A stretch of 63,268 nt of DNA, the filler included, from Diploschistes diacapsis (lineage: Eukaryota), in NCBI GenBank assembly GCA_023645945.1. It is 26 parts of 26 records of this genome, joined end to end, with 100 filler letters (N's around TTAATTAATTAA, not from the genome) between each part and the next. Parts side by side here need not be neighbours in the genome. Positions count along the whole stretch, not along the records: positions 1 to 1,555 come from JALAIB010002894.1; positions 1,656 to 3,209 come from JALAIB010002895.1; positions 3,310 to 4,863 come from JALAIB010002896.1; positions 4,964 to 6,516 come from JALAIB010002897.1; positions 6,617 to 8,168 come from JALAIB010002898.1; positions 8,269 to 9,820 come from JALAIB010002899.1; positions 9,921 to 32,007 come from JALAIB010000290.1; 19 more parts are not named here. One strand, given 5' to 3'. How positions within the stretch are numbered: the stretch's first letter is position 1; each line of letters begins with the position of its first letter. Position numbers and translations under genes: made by a program. Below the pieces are notes generated by a model. The model saw only the letters and a program-made list of their open reading frames with translations, made no database searches and was not told the origin of the DNA. Of the stretch, positions 1 to 12,527 are shown piece after piece.

Positions 1-574
1 GATTATTCGTTATGCTACATCGAAACGTATCCGGTATTATACCGCAGGCCCTCCGTAAGAATACCGCGATGTTACGAGAATTTAAAAAACTCCGCCCTAA
101 ACCAAAACATCCGAAAGGCGAAAACGACGATAAGATACCGCGAGTCCATCGTAGGTTAACCGAAATGTTACCTTATTAAGAAAACTTAAATATAATATTA
201 TCAGCCCTTAAAATACCTGGGCCAGAAAACGAGGAAAATGAGGAAAACGATCGAATACCGTAAGTCCATCGTAAGTTAACTAAATCGCTATCGATCCAAG
301 AAAGGTTAATAATAAAATATTTATTCATTCCGCGAGCATTCGTGAAAGATATTACGAGGCGGGAACCTACCGATATTTCACCGACGGGGAAGCTATTCGA
401 CTTAATACGTATCCTATATATAGCGAACGATTTTATTAAAAAGAATAATAGTTTATTTCGTAGTTTAATCGTTTTAATATCGTAATTAAAACGTTATAAT
501 AATTTAATAATTTATAATCGTAGGTTAGTCGTAGTAGTTCCGATTTAATACCGTCGTCCTTTAGGATATATATA

Positions 575-1555
575 ACGTGTTTGACGGGGAACCGGGCCAC
601 CCCCAGAAATGGGCCACCTTAAATTATTACCGCCAATATTCTACGGTTTTTAGATACAACCTATTCGTCGCAATTAGAATCTAATTAATCTAAATCGAAT
701 CTATCCTTTTCATTTTTATCCTCCTCGATTTCAGAAATGCGACGACGTTTTTTACGCGTTATAGATCGTTTCGAAATTATTCGATTCGATTTAACCCGAG
801 CTGCTATTTTAAGAATTTCGTTTATATTAAACATAAAACGATCTTTTAATTCGATTCGTTTATCTAATTTACGTTTTTTACGACTATAAAGAAACGTTTT
901 TTATTCTCGGTTTTCTTTACGAAGCGTTATGAATTTAATATACGTCGATTTAAATATACGGGTTATTCGATTCGAATAACGTCGAATCGGACTAGCTAGT
1001 TCTAAAACGGCTCGCAACGTTTAATTAAACTCTTTATTGGCCTTTCGCAGTTCGGTCGTATTTGATAAAGAGTTATACAGTAAGGATAAATCCAAATCGA
1101 ATTGATTCGAGGTTGAAAGAAGGCTGTAAGATGGAAGTGAAGAGATCCGATAGGTCGAATAAAGTTTATTAAACACGGTTATAAGATTAATAAACTATAA
1201 TCCAGTATCTGCAAAGCCTACCTAAGCGTTTCGACTCGTAATAATTCAATTCCGAATTATTAAAAATAATTCGATTTATTCCGAGCGTACCATACGCGAT
1301 TTATTTAGTCGAATAATATGATCCGTCTTTTACGCTAACGCGCTTTTCAACGGCGAAAATACTGCGATATCGAATAATTAAAAAAATAAGAATTATACGG
1401 AAATAATATTATTAAATCGATTCGATTAGACATATAAAAACGAATAATATTAACGGTAATATGGCTGTTATAACCGTTTATAATTAATAAACGACGCGTT
1501 TCGGGTCGATTCGGTCTAATTAGAGGTTTAAAGATACGTATAAGCTATTAATAAC
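575..1555 (-). mobile_element. Fot1/pogo-type (Tc1/mariner superfamily) DNA transposon, 3' part, RIP-degenerated
   Basis: TA followed by TIR ACGTGTTTGACGGGGAACCGGGCCACCCCC at 575. The minus strand at about 1335-1405 reads LFxYNSYFFxLFDIAVFSPLKSALA, a RIP-mutated form of the DDE_1 motif LPPHSSHxLQPLDxxVFSPLK. Confidence 0.85.
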
Positions 1556-1655
1556 NNNNNNNNNNNNNNNNNNNNNNNNNNNNNNNNNNNNNNNNNNNNT
1601 TAATTAATTAANNNNNNNNNNNNNNNNNNNNNNNNNNNNNNNNNNNNNNNNNNNN
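1556..1655. other. Artificial contig spacer N44-TTAATTAATTAA-N44. Identical spacers start at 3210, 4864, 6517, 8169, 9821, 32008, 33660, 35311, 36961, 38611, 40259, 41905, 43551, 45197, 46842, 48487, 50132, 51776, 53420, 55064, 56707, 58349, 59989 and 61629.
   Basis: The same 100-bp unit occurs 25 times. TTAATTAATTAA places stops in all six frames. Flanking contig lengths fall monotonically from 1555 to 1540 bp, except the 22-kb contig. Confidence 0.99.
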
Positions 1656-2790
1656 CCGATAGACTCCGAATCTAATTTTAATTACGTCTGAGTTCATTTT
1701 TAATTAAGTCTTTAAGTCCGTTTTTATATATTTCTATTAAAGCTTCCTTATTTTACTTAATTAGCCGGGCGTATTCTTAAAACTTTATTATGTATTCCGA
1801 AATCGAACTTCGTTAATTAATTGTTTTGATAATTCGAATCGCATATTTTTTATCGTTGGTTATCCCGAAGGCTAGTCGGACCTATTTTTTGAACCTCGCA
1901 AAGTTTTTAAACATTCCGTAACTATTTTTTTGACTTTCTAAATATACGTCGAGGTAGGGTTTTATTTATGTTAATACGCGGTCACGCATAAATCTTACGG
2001 CGAAGACTGTTTATTTTCTTTATTCGTCTGTAATGTACGCGTTCTAATAGAAATATATCGAGAATTAAAATATCTAATATTTTAGTTTCTTTCGGTCTCC
2101 GTGTAACGTTATTGATTTTATAGCTTTTATAATGAGTTTTTTATACGATTTATCTTCGTCGGGTTCATCGTTATTTCCAGGGTCGTCGCCTCTGGCTTCC
2201 GTTATGTCTTCTATACGGATATCGGTTTCACCTGGTGGCGTTACTGCCTTAAGTGCGCGAGGTGTTGCGGATCTAACCATCGGTGGCGATCGCCTAGTTA
2301 TGTTATCAGTAATATTCATTCTTAAAGATGTTTAAGTGTTATAATCTCTATCTATACAAGATATACACGAATAAAATTAAGATGGGTTTGGTTTCTGTTA
2401 GAAGAAAAGTGTAATAAAAGAAAAAGATAAAGTAATTATAAATCTTGGACTGTTTCTAGAAAGAAGGTTCTAAAATGATAAAGGTAACGAATATAGATTG
2501 ATCTTAAATAATAATTTAAGATATCTATAAAAGTGAACACGCCCTAAACTCACGGAAGCCATAACGACGTTCTTATATAATCAACAGCTCCCTGAATAAA
2601 ATAAATAAATAGATAAATAGAATTATCGTTCTTCCTTTCTACTTACGACTGGGTAAAATAGTCTTTAAGACCTTTTACTCATCACGTGACCCGTGTCACC
2701 CTGATTGGATTATATACAAGGAGTGGCTGGGAAGTGCCCGACTAGCTGTTGCGTGCCAAGTACTGCCGAGCAGTACCTTGGATCGTAACA
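1656..2790 (-). mobile_element. Ty3/Gypsy family A: 5' LTR (2337-2790) followed by degenerate gag
   Basis: About 455-bp LTR bounded by TGTTACGATC...GAT(C/T)ATAACA. The same LTR-internal junction occurs at 37877/37878. The adjacent ORF remnant 2074-2319 is gag-like. Confidence 0.8.
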
Positions 2791-3209
2791 CTATGGTTTT
2801 TAATGGCTAAGACTGATCCTAAGAAGTACAAAATAGTGAATGCGGCGATATATATTAATAAAATAATTCGTCGGGACGCCAATTTACTCCCTAACACGGA
2901 TGATTTTGTAGAATCTTTCGCAGCATAGGCCGTGGGTTCTTTAATGGATATGTTCTTAGGATACGATTAATGTACTTTTTATGAAAGATTTCATAATTTT
3001 ACGGCCTTTTTAACTTTTTTAGGTTTATTAAGGAGTATTATTCTGTTATAGGGAGGTATTAATTCGGTAAGGCAGTTTATACGAATAATAATGGTTATTT
3101 TTATCGGTCTTTTTGATATCGTTCAGTCCTTTTTTAACGACTTTGGAATTAAGGGCCCTAAGTATATTTATAATGGAGAAGAAGTTTTGTTTAATATACG
3201 GAAATATAT
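2791..3209 (+). mobile_element. Degenerate Gypsy reverse-transcriptase fragment (target of the family A LTR)
   Basis: Reads ...RDANLLPNTDDFVESFA..SLMDMFLGYD..NFTAFxTFLGLLR..LxGGINSV..FFNDFGIKGP, which are RT motifs with RIP stops. Confidence 0.7.
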
Positions 3210-3984
3210 NNNNNNNNNNNNNNNNNNNNNNNNNNNNNNNNNNNNNNNNNNNNTTAATTAATTAANNNNNNNNNNNNNNNNNNNNNNNNNNNNNNNNNNN
3301 NNNNNNNNNCTTATTTGATTTGATATCGCGGTAGCGGTCTATAGCATCTGGATGATTCTGGTTTACTTATCGCTTGTGCATCATTTCGGCTGTTAATGCT
3401 GTTTTAATAACAATTCTTTTTGCTTTCTCGACGAGGGCATCTTTTCTCGCTTTTATTACCTAGCTTTTTTTAAGATTTATATCTTATTTTATTTTTAATA
3501 ATATGTTTTTTAATATTTCTGGTGTATTTTTTAATATAGATTCGAAATCATTTTCTTGCTCTAACGACTCGCCTGCTGATGTTTTACCTTTAGATTACAA
3601 ATCTCGTTCTTGTTGCTCGATATGATTTAAATCCTCTTTATTAAATAAAGTAATTTTAGATCGTTCATTTCTTTCCCTTCTTTTACTTTCTTTTATTTTA
3701 ATTTGGTTACGTGGGTTTGTTTTGCGTCTACGTTGCGAAAAACGTGCCATCTTATCGGATCGTCGTCCTTAAGAAAGGTAAAATAATTAGAATTATAAAA
3801 AATAGAATACGATAATATGGCAAGATAGCTACACGCAGGGTAAATTTATGCTAGGACTAATTACTAAAGAAGAGAAGAGAGTAAAAAAGGCAAAATCCCC
3901 CTTCAAGTACCCGCAAGCCAAGACCCTGAGTGCCGCTTGTCCGACTATTGGCATGCTCCTTGCTTGGCCTTACAATATCCCTAG

Positions 3985-4163
3985 TTATTATTCGGAATCA
4001 ATCTATATTCGTTACCTCTATTATTAGAACCTTCTTTCTAGAAACAATCCTAGACCTATAACTGCTCTATTTTCTTTTCTTGCTTGCACTCCTCTTCTAT
4101 ACGAGACCAAACCCACCTTAATCAATACCTCGTGTCTACTTTGTAGAGATAGAGATCATAACA
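3985..4163 (+). repeat. 3' portion of a family A LTR. Other partial copies: 38711-38972, 42675-42803, 49927-50062.
   Basis: Ends in ...CTCGTGTCTAC.TTGTAGAGATAGAGATCATAACA, matching the full-length copies. Confidence 0.8.
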
Positions 4164-4963
4164 ATAACTAAGAATCCAAATCCAAATTCCTATGACAAAA
4201 GATATAGATAATCCTTTTTATATCCCTTACGTCCTTTCTTATCTCGATACAATTTTTCTTCTTTATACTTTTTTTTCTCAAATTAATCTTTAAGTTATTA
4301 AAATCGTATTAACTCTATTTTAATTACACAATCTTAAAATCTATAGACATTTATAAAACCTTTATTCGATAAACGTCAACAATTCAGCATCACCGCGCTA
4401 AATGCGGCAGCATCAACCGGCGGTTACAACAACTATAAGAAACTCAATTACAACAATCAGGCTTCTTTTAAAAATAAAACACCTATACGAGCGTACAACA
4501 CCAGCATAGAAGAGATAAAAACAGATACAGAAACTAGCGATTCGGCTTTAAAAAAAGACATAAGTAATTTCACTCAAAAATTCCATAAAAGAAATTCCTA
4601 CTATCAAGAATTACACGAAAAGGATACATACGACCAAAAAGAATACGATGTTTCAAGATCGGTTACGGATTTTAAAAAAAATTCAAGTTATTATAACGTC
4701 GACGTAAACTAATCCGACCTTAAGTTTAAAAAAGACGTTAAATATAAAAATTATAAGAAATCATAACCGTCTAAAACTAAGTTATATAACTATTTAATTA
4801 AAGACAAATACTAAAACATCAAAATAACGCCGACGAGTTTACAATAATCGAGAATAAAGACCTNNNNNNNNNNNNNNNNNNNNNNNNNNNNNNNNNNNNN
4901 NNNNNNNTTAATTAATTAANNNNNNNNNNNNNNNNNNNNNNNNNNNNNNNNNNNNNNNNNNNN

Positions 4964-5745
4964 AATACGTATTGATTCTATAAACTTCGTCAATTTATTT
5001 TTAGTTCGTTAATAGATCTTTTCTGTTTATTTTTATGATTATAGGTCTATCACGTTCTTAGTAACGTTGTCTTAATTAACTTATTCTTTCATCGGGTTTT
5101 TAAACGAAGATATTCGTCGCTTAAATTCGTCGCGGGAGCTCTTTTAGGATCTTTCCCGTATTAATTCTTCGCTGGTATTAAATCTATCGAAGGTTTCTGG
5201 CGTTGGTAATTATTATAACGCGGGATATCTTACGGATTATTTTTTAACTAGTGATTTATTTGTTAAATCGTACTTTTTAATCGATAGCATCTCGATTGAT
5301 TTTTTAAAAAACGATAGTATTATCGATTTTTTTTTCTTTTTTAATCCTTTCTATCAGCGAGGGTTATTATTTATAATAGATCGGCGAATAGTATTTTCGA
5401 GTTTCGATTATCGTAAATTTATTCGAATACTTGATTCGGTTAATGTTTTAAACTCTCGTTACGAATGCGAAGGTAAAGTAAGCTTTTCGAATGTGAAACG
5501 CCAGCGTAGGAAAGGATATTATTTTATCGGAAGCTGGGTTTGATCCGGAAGGATTAGATATAATTTAGGTATCTATAAGTAAAAGGTCTCGATTCGAAAA
5601 GCTGAAGAAGAAATTATTTAAATGGGAGGAGGGCACCGTTAAGTAATATGGGTGCCAGACCTACCGGGGTTCGGGGACTACCCATCTACACAGCCACCCC
5701 CTGACCCTGCCGTGGCTTGGCAAGCCCCTGGGCTGGGCTGTCTCA
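4964..5745 (-). mobile_element. Ty3/Gypsy family D: 5' LTR (5494-5745), PBS (5481-5492) and degenerate leader/gag
   Basis: LTR TGAGACAGCCCAG...GCTGGCGTTTCA followed by CATTCGAAAAGCTT. The same junction occurs at 9645/9646. Confidence 0.85.
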
Positions 5746-6348
5746 GAAGTTCGTATTTATTAAAACGTTAAAATACTTCTTTAACTTTTCGTCGATGATT
5801 CTCGAATATACCGTTAAAATAAACCAAAATATCGTTTAAATATAAAATAACGTACTCGTTTAAAATATCGCGTAATATGTCGTTTATAAGCTTCTACTCG
5901 ATAATTAATACGTTAATAAATTTAAAGAACATTATTAGATATTCGAATAACCCGTAACGTATTTTAAATATTGTTTTTTATTTTTCGTCTTTTTTTATTT
6001 TAATAAGGTTAATGCTTACTCGTTAGTCTAATTTCGTGTATTATAATGCGTTATATAATCGATCTCGTAATTTTTAAATGTTCGGTATGGGATAACGGTT
6101 CTTTACGGTAATAACGTTAAGCTTCCGGAAGTCGATATAAGGTCGAAAAGTCTACCTTTTTCTACCGTTAAATTTCGGTACGAAAATAATTAGAAATAAT
6201 ATTGATAATTTAGATTTATAAATATATCTTTTTTTAAATATTTTTTAAAGATATTGTTTAAGGAATTTCAGTTTTATTATTATTGCTTTATAAAGAGTTT
6301 TAAACTTTAAGGTTTATTCGTTTATGAGTTCGATAACATGGTTTTAAG
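5746..6348 (-). mobile_element. Degenerate Gypsy RT fragment
   Basis: The minus strand gives RPYIDFRKLNVITVKNRYPIPNI..LRDRL..YTKLD..KTIFKIRYGLFEYLIMFFKF..YLNDILVYF (RIP-mutated YLDDILVY). Confidence 0.8.
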
Positions 6349-6516
6349 TAAGCTGGCCGTCACGGACACTGACACGGCCGTGTCCGTGTTTTGAAATTTT
6401 CAGCCGTAGTGTCCGTGTCCGTGCTTTCACTACAATATAGTATCCGTGAAAGTATCCGTGTTTTAAAATTTTTAGTTGTAATGTCCGTGTCCGTGCTTTC
6501 ACTATAATATAATATC
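6349..6516 (+). mobile_element. Left end of the hAT-like repeat-array TIR element (family C), truncated by contig end
   Basis: TAAGCTGGCCGTCACGGACACTGACACGGCCGTG followed by GTGTCCGTG repeats. Confidence 0.75.
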
Positions 6517-6616
6517 NNNNNNNNNNNNNNNNNNNNNNNNNNNNNNNNNNNNNNNNNNNNTTAATTAATTAANNNNNNNNNNNNNNNNNNNNNNNNNNNN
6601 NNNNNNNNNNNNNNNN

Positions 6617-8168
6617 ATTTAACATCGAACTTTCTCGACATACGAAAGGAATAAGGAATCTATCCCTACAATAATTCTAATTAAAAGATATATGAACTTT
6701 TATAACAAACCCTATCAAACTCCTATTATGTTTTTTCTATAATAATAGTAGAATATAGACCTCTAAGGTCTTTTAATAATAAAAACTACCTGTCTTCCGA
6801 TTTCAAACCTAATAAATAAAAACTATAAGAATAAAATAAATAAGAAATTTCAGCCGTTAACCTCCGTATTTCGGGATATAAGAGAAAAGGATCTTCCCCG
6901 GTTAGGGTCCTTATGATTCGTTTCCTTGGTTATGGACCTTAATTCTAGATTATTTATTATTCGGGATATCGGATAATTTCTTGATCCGCTTGCTAGACCC
7001 GTATATTCTAACGAAAACGGTTTATCTTCTCGATGCTGGGTTTATGATCGTGATCCTAACAGATCCATCCTTTCTATAACTGGCCTGCATAGCAACTATA
7101 GATATATAGGGGGTTCCCAAGATAAGCGGCTTGTTAGTCCGAGTTACCATTAAAAAGGATTATAGAACCGTAACAGTTTTAATCGATATAGTAGCGTTTT
7201 TTATTATATTTATTATAGTAGCTTCTTCTAAGTTGATATCTATTAACGAGATCTCTTTACAAAAAGTGATCGCTAAATTCAATTGATTTATTATATATTT
7301 CTTTATTATATTCATTTCTGAACCGCTATTAAGTAGTACGCGAATCCGATAGTTCTCGATCGTAATTATTGCTTTTAGACAAGTAGCCGAATATACGATA
7401 TTTTATAATTATGGATTTATCACGTCGATTAATTGTTTTGAATTAATATTATACGTGTCAGGTTGTTTAGTGGATAGATTGTGCGTAGAATGAATGAAAC
7501 TTTCTGGTCCCGGTTCTTTTACGCGAGTATTTTTTCGATTGTATGATTCTTTAATTCTTTTTAAAGTAAACGCATAATCCTTGTTTGAAAGGTTTCTTTT
7601 AGGGTAATCTTGATTTCAGAGTCCTTAGTAATCTTAAGAACCTATTCTTTTAATAGATCAGTAGTTGCTTTTTCTGAAATCTTTAGTTTTCGGACGGCTG
7701 GAACGCGGGAACGGTTTATTAAAATCCTTCCCGGTGTACTTCCGTTGGGTGGAACTATTTGTACGTTTCGATCTATTTCTTTAAGTTTCTCGGCATCTTT
7801 TATGATAATTTCTTGTACAGTGGGGTCGCAAAAGTAGTTGGGTATGAAAACAACAAACACGACCCACCAACTTTATCAAGCCATTGCGCGCTCAATAAAG
7901 CTTCAATGAATGCGTAAATTAGATCATTTTGAAGCTCTTAAATAGCAGAGAATATTAATATTTAATTTGTTATCCTTGTGCGTTTATATAACCCTGTATA
8001 CGCTTCGATATAGATTGGATTAATATAGTAAACAATTTTTATTCCTTATCCTTCTAAAAGTATCTTAAAAGCTGCTCGAATTATTGTTTTTAAAACATTC
8101 TTTTTCTTTTTTTGCTTCCGCGCATCGTTTTAAACTTAAGATAAGATTTAATAATTATTTTTTAAGAA
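6617..8168 (-). mobile_element. Degenerate Gypsy gag-protease region
   Basis: The minus strand near 7350-7310 reads IRVLLNSGSEMNI (RIP-mutated aspartic protease LLDSG). Near 7125-7085 it reads PLILGTPYI (the ILG motif). Confidence 0.65.
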
Positions 8169-8268
8169 NNNNNNNNNNNNNNNNNNNNNNNNNNNNNNNN
8201 NNNNNNNNNNNNTTAATTAATTAANNNNNNNNNNNNNNNNNNNNNNNNNNNNNNNNNNNNNNNNNNNN

Positions 8269-8584
8269 AATAAAGAATAACGAATATAGATTGATCCCGA
8301 GTAATAATTAAAAATATTTATAAAAATAAACACGTTTTTTTTCACGAAGGTAAAATCGTGTTTATATATAGTTAACTCGCTCGTCGTTTATCGTAAATTT
8401 AATAAACGGTGTCCTCGAGGCTCGCCGCTTATAAGAATAAGCGCGATTATTAAGCGGTAGCGAAAGCCTGCTTACCGTTCACGAGAGTAAACGTAAGTAG
8501 TGAGCGCGTTACGTGATTCCTGGTCCCGTGACTGACCTATATATAAAGCTGGGACGTGCCAAGTCTGATACTTGGATCGTAACA
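8269..8584 (-). repeat. LTR of family A' (variant U3). Also at 42005-42297, and full length at 49473-49926.
   Basis: Begins TGTTACGATCCAAGT on the minus strand. It shares the 3' half with family A but has a different 5' half. Confidence 0.75.
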
Positions 8585-8808
8585 GCCCGTTGACGGAACG
8601 TAGATCTTTCTTTCGTTATTAAGCTCTTAACTTCGTTATCGAATCATAGATTAAAAAAATTTACCCATATCTTTTTCCGTGGCACGTAAATTTTTGCGAT
8701 ATATTTCATTTTTATTATTAATTTAACGTTATAATATTTTATTCGTTTTACTATCGCTTTGCTTCGAATAAAATTAAAGTCGTTATTTCTTTTTCCGCGA
8801 TCTCGATA

Positions 8809-9346
8809 ACGTGTTTCACGGGGATTCCGGCCACCCCCAGATTCCGGCTACCTCAAATCACTACCGTTAACATTCTACGGTTTTTAGATACAACCTGTTC
8901 GTCGCAATTAGAATCTAATCGATCTAAATCGAATCTATTTTTTTCCTTTTCATCCTCTTCGATTTCAAAAACGCGACGACGTTTTTTACGCGTTATAAAT
9001 CGTTTCGAAATTATCCGACTCGATTTAACCCGAATTATTATCTTAAGAACTTCGTTTATATTGAATATAAAACGATCTTTTAATTCAATTCGTTTATTTA
9101 ATTTACGTTTCTTATAATTATTAAGAAACGCTTTTTGCTTTCGGTTTTCTTTATGAAGCGTTCTAATCTCAGTATACGTCGATTTAAACATACGGGTTAT
9201 TCGACTCGAATAACGTCGAATCGAGCTAATTAATTTTAAAACGGCTCGCAACGTTTAATTAAATTCTTTATTAATCTTTCGCAGTTCGGTTACATTTAAT
9301 AAAGAATTATATAACAAAAATAAATCTAAATCGAATTGATTCGAGA
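8809..9346 (-). mobile_element. Fot1/pogo-type transposon 3' end, interrupted by the family D LTR
   Basis: TA followed by TIR ACGTGTTTCACGGGGATTCCGGCCACCCCCAG. ORF 8853-9251 matches the transposase C-terminus at 620-1020. Confidence 0.85.
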
Positions 9347-9820
9347 TGAGACAGCCCAGCCCAGGGGCCTGCCAAGCTGGGCTTGTCAAGCCATGGCAGG
9401 GTTAGTGCCCAGGTGCTTGCCAAGACACGGCAGGGTCAGGGGGTGGCTATATAAACGGGTAGTCCCCGAACCCCGGTAAGTCTAACACCCACACTACTTA
9501 ACGGTGCCTTCCTCCCATTTAAATAGTTTCTTTTTTAGCTTTTCGAATCGAGATCTTTTATTTATAGATACCTAGTTACATCTAATCCTTCAGGATTAGG
9601 CCCAGTTCTCGATAAAATAACATCTTTTTTTGCGCTAGCGTTTCATATTCGAAAAGCTTACTTTATTTTCGCACTCGTGACGAGAGTTTAAAACGTTAAT
9701 TAAATTAAGTATTCGAGTAAGTCCACGATAACCGGAACTCGAAAATATTATCCGCCGATTTATTATAAATAATGACCCTCGTTAGTAAAAAGAATTAAAA
9801 AAAAAAATCGATAATACTTC
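9347..9820 (+). mobile_element. Ty3/Gypsy family D 5' LTR (9347-9645), PBS (9647-9658) and leader
   Basis: TGAGAC...GTTTCA termini and internal GCCAAG..CGGCAGGGT repeats. The leader matches the reverse complement of about 5320-5493. Confidence 0.85.
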
Positions 9821-9920
9821 NNNNNNNNNNNNNNNNNNNNNNNNNNNNNNNNNNNNNNNNNNNNTTAATTAATTAANNNNNNNNNNNNNNNNNNNNNNNN
9901 NNNNNNNNNNNNNNNNNNNN

Positions 9921-10170
9921 GGAGGGGAAGGATGGAGTGGAAGGAGGAGGAAGAGGAAAAGAAGGGGTGGGGAATAGGTGGATCGTGACGTATTTCTCCA
10001 AGACGCTGTTTACGCCGGCGGGGATCGATATTTATTCGAGAGATAGGGGCGGCTTGCCGGCCGTTGCGGTGGAGGAGATTAAGAGGGAGCTGGCGGCGCT
10101 GGAGAGTACAGAGATCAATAAGCTGGTGGATGGGGTGTTTGAGGTTAAGCATGACGCCGAGAAGCAGTGA
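9921..10170 (+). CDS. 3' end of a conserved fungal hypothetical protein (5' truncated)
   Basis: Open frame from the contig edge containing WIVTYFSKTLFTPAGIDIYSR, a motif I recognise from uncharacterised fungal proteins. Stop at 10168-10170. Confidence 0.7.
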
Positions 10171-10672
10171 GTGGGGTGGAAGGAGGGTCTGTGTGCTTTT
10201 GGCATATACTAGGAGGGATTTGGCGTGCAGAGGATTACACTATATGGAGATGATCGGATGTGGAATAAGGAGCAGGCACTGTATAGCACAACGTCCGGCC
10301 GGAAATTTGGTGCAAGGGCGTGGTATTTGGCTTAGCTGGGGAGCAGCTGCTGGCTTACCTAGAGCCAAGTTCGTGAAATATCTGGAGAGAAGCGAAGCAC
10401 ACACTTCTAGGCAAGGGGCATCTGAGTTAAGGCAGGATCCTTTGATTTCCGCATTTGCTATCGGAGCTGCAGAGCTCCGCGCTCAGAGCTCAGACTTTGC
10501 GAATGGAACAAACTGCTAATACACTAGGACTTGGCTATCTTCTCCGGATCGCAAAACCGTCCTGCTCATCCATATACAAGCATGATATACTAAAGGGGTA
10601 TCTCTCTATGAGGTGCGTTCGTTTGAGCTTAGAAGCCCCAGGCCGTTGACTTATCACCTTTTGTGTCATGTT

Positions 10673-11779
10673 TCATGTCGCAACATCACCCATACCGCCT
10701 TCCTGTACGCTTTTCCTAAGCTCATTTTCCGTCACCCTTTTCCTTAAGGCATCTGGATCGTCCTTCCTGGTATCCATATTGTCCGGACCTGCCTCGACAA
10801 CAGGAGCCGTATCCAGAGTTACCTTGCTGGGCAGCATCAACGGCCCCGGCTCCGCCTTAAAAGCTTGCTGCCCCTGCGGGCTCTCCGTCAGCTTGATCAA
10901 TGCCTTGAGCATTAAGTCCCGCGTATAGTTCGTAAGCTGGTCGACGTCTGAAGCTTCAAGGTTGTCTGTAGGTATCGGCGGTAAAACTATTACAAGTGTC
11001 AGCCAAATGCCTGCTCATCCAACGCACAATCTGTCCAGTGCCAGTAACCTACCGATCAGCGGTATGTCCCCACCTCTAAACCTCCATTCCTTCGGGTTGA
11101 GCAGCCCCGTGTAGCAAGCCGCCACAACCGGCACTATGGGCACCTTCGCCTGGATCGCCAAATGGAACGCCCCCTTCTTGAACGGCAGCAGCATCGGCTC
11201 CTTTGCATTACTCCTAGTCCCCTCTGGAAAGATAAAAACGCTCTGCCTCCTCTCCCTAATCTCCCTCGCGGCCCCATCGAAAGCCTTGACCGCGCTCTTC
11301 TTGTCCGCCCTGTCGACAAACACCGACCCGCTCAGAGCCATGAACAACCCCAGGAACGGCGTTCTCTTCAACTGCTTTTTCGCCGTTACGGAGCAATATC
11401 GGGGGAATATCGTGCCCAGTAGCAACACGTCGAGGGCTGTCTGGTGGTTTCCGATGATGACTGCGGGCCGGGTATCCCACAAGTATTTATCGCTTCCTCC
11501 CACAAACTTGAACCGCACGCCGGTCGAGAGAGCCATGGTATATTTAAATGCGCGGGCCACCGCCCATTGTGCAATACCTTGGTAGCCGAAAAGTGTGAGA
11601 AATATAGAGACGAAGACGCCGTAGATGGCGCAGAAGAGGAGGGCGCTGTAGGAGGCGAGGATGCGGTAAAGGAAGGATGGACCTGAAGTGGGAGCGAAGA
11701 GGGACATGGTGAAGAGGGAGGAGAGGAGGCCAAGGTAGAGGGAAAAGAAGCGAGCGAGGAGGGCGAGTATGATGCTCAT
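10673..11779 (-). CDS. SLC1: 1-acyl-sn-glycerol-3-phosphate acyltransferase; exons 11779-11053 and 10986-10673
   Basis: NHQTALD, FVDR, FIFPEGTRS and LPFKKGAFHLAIQAKVPIVPVV motifs. Removing the GTAGGT..GCTGAC..TAG intron restores IVLPPIPT. Confidence 0.93.
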
Positions 11780-12527
11780 GGTACCAGTCGTGGCAGAGAG
11801 GGGGTGCACTTCTTTCACGGGTACAAGCTTACGAGCTCTTGTTCATAGACCCAACTGTGGAGTATGAAGTTCGAAGTGAGGGTGTCTAAGAATCTCTGCC
11901 CTATAGGCAGCGCATCTTGTTCAGATGACAGAAGCTTTTGTCGAGTTTGCGGCAAAAGTGTGATTTTGAATAGTGACACAACTAGTTCGTGGAGACAACT
12001 GCGCTTTTGATCATCAGGCAAATCTTGATCCGGCCGTTGGAACGTGAAATTCTAAATCATGGATCAACTTGATTTTTGATCTCAATATGTTCAAGAGATC
12101 CCAAAGGCATATTTCTCGAATACAATACATAAGTGCGTATACAAGTGGCTCATTTTCTTCTGCAGTTCTACTATCATGTCACTAATGGCAGCATGGTTTC
12201 TTCCGAAGTGGAAGTTTTGCAGCCAATAATTGGGTACAAAACATATCAAGGTAATACAGCTTCAGCTGTCAAATGAAATCATTTATCATTATCGTGCCAC
12301 TAATCATACACTGTTCATCATTAGGAGCGTGTCGTTAAAGGAATAAATTACTGGTTTGCCATAAGAGGCACCAAGACATGGCTCGACCTCTATTGGACAG
12401 ATGTTGTGCATGCTCGCGCCAGTGGTATCTTTGAGACCCTAACTCCTTGCTGACCAACTGTGCCTGGTGGTGGGCAAAAGTATCTGAAAAAAATGCCTAT
12501 CCGCTGGGGGGGGAGGGGGTCAACGTT

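Noticed and set aside
1600..1611. Regularly spaced TTAATTAATTAA repeat every ~1.65 kb as a biological array
   Set aside because: Always embedded in N44 runs, so it is a synthetic six-frame-stop linker. The regular spacing reflects size-sorted contigs.
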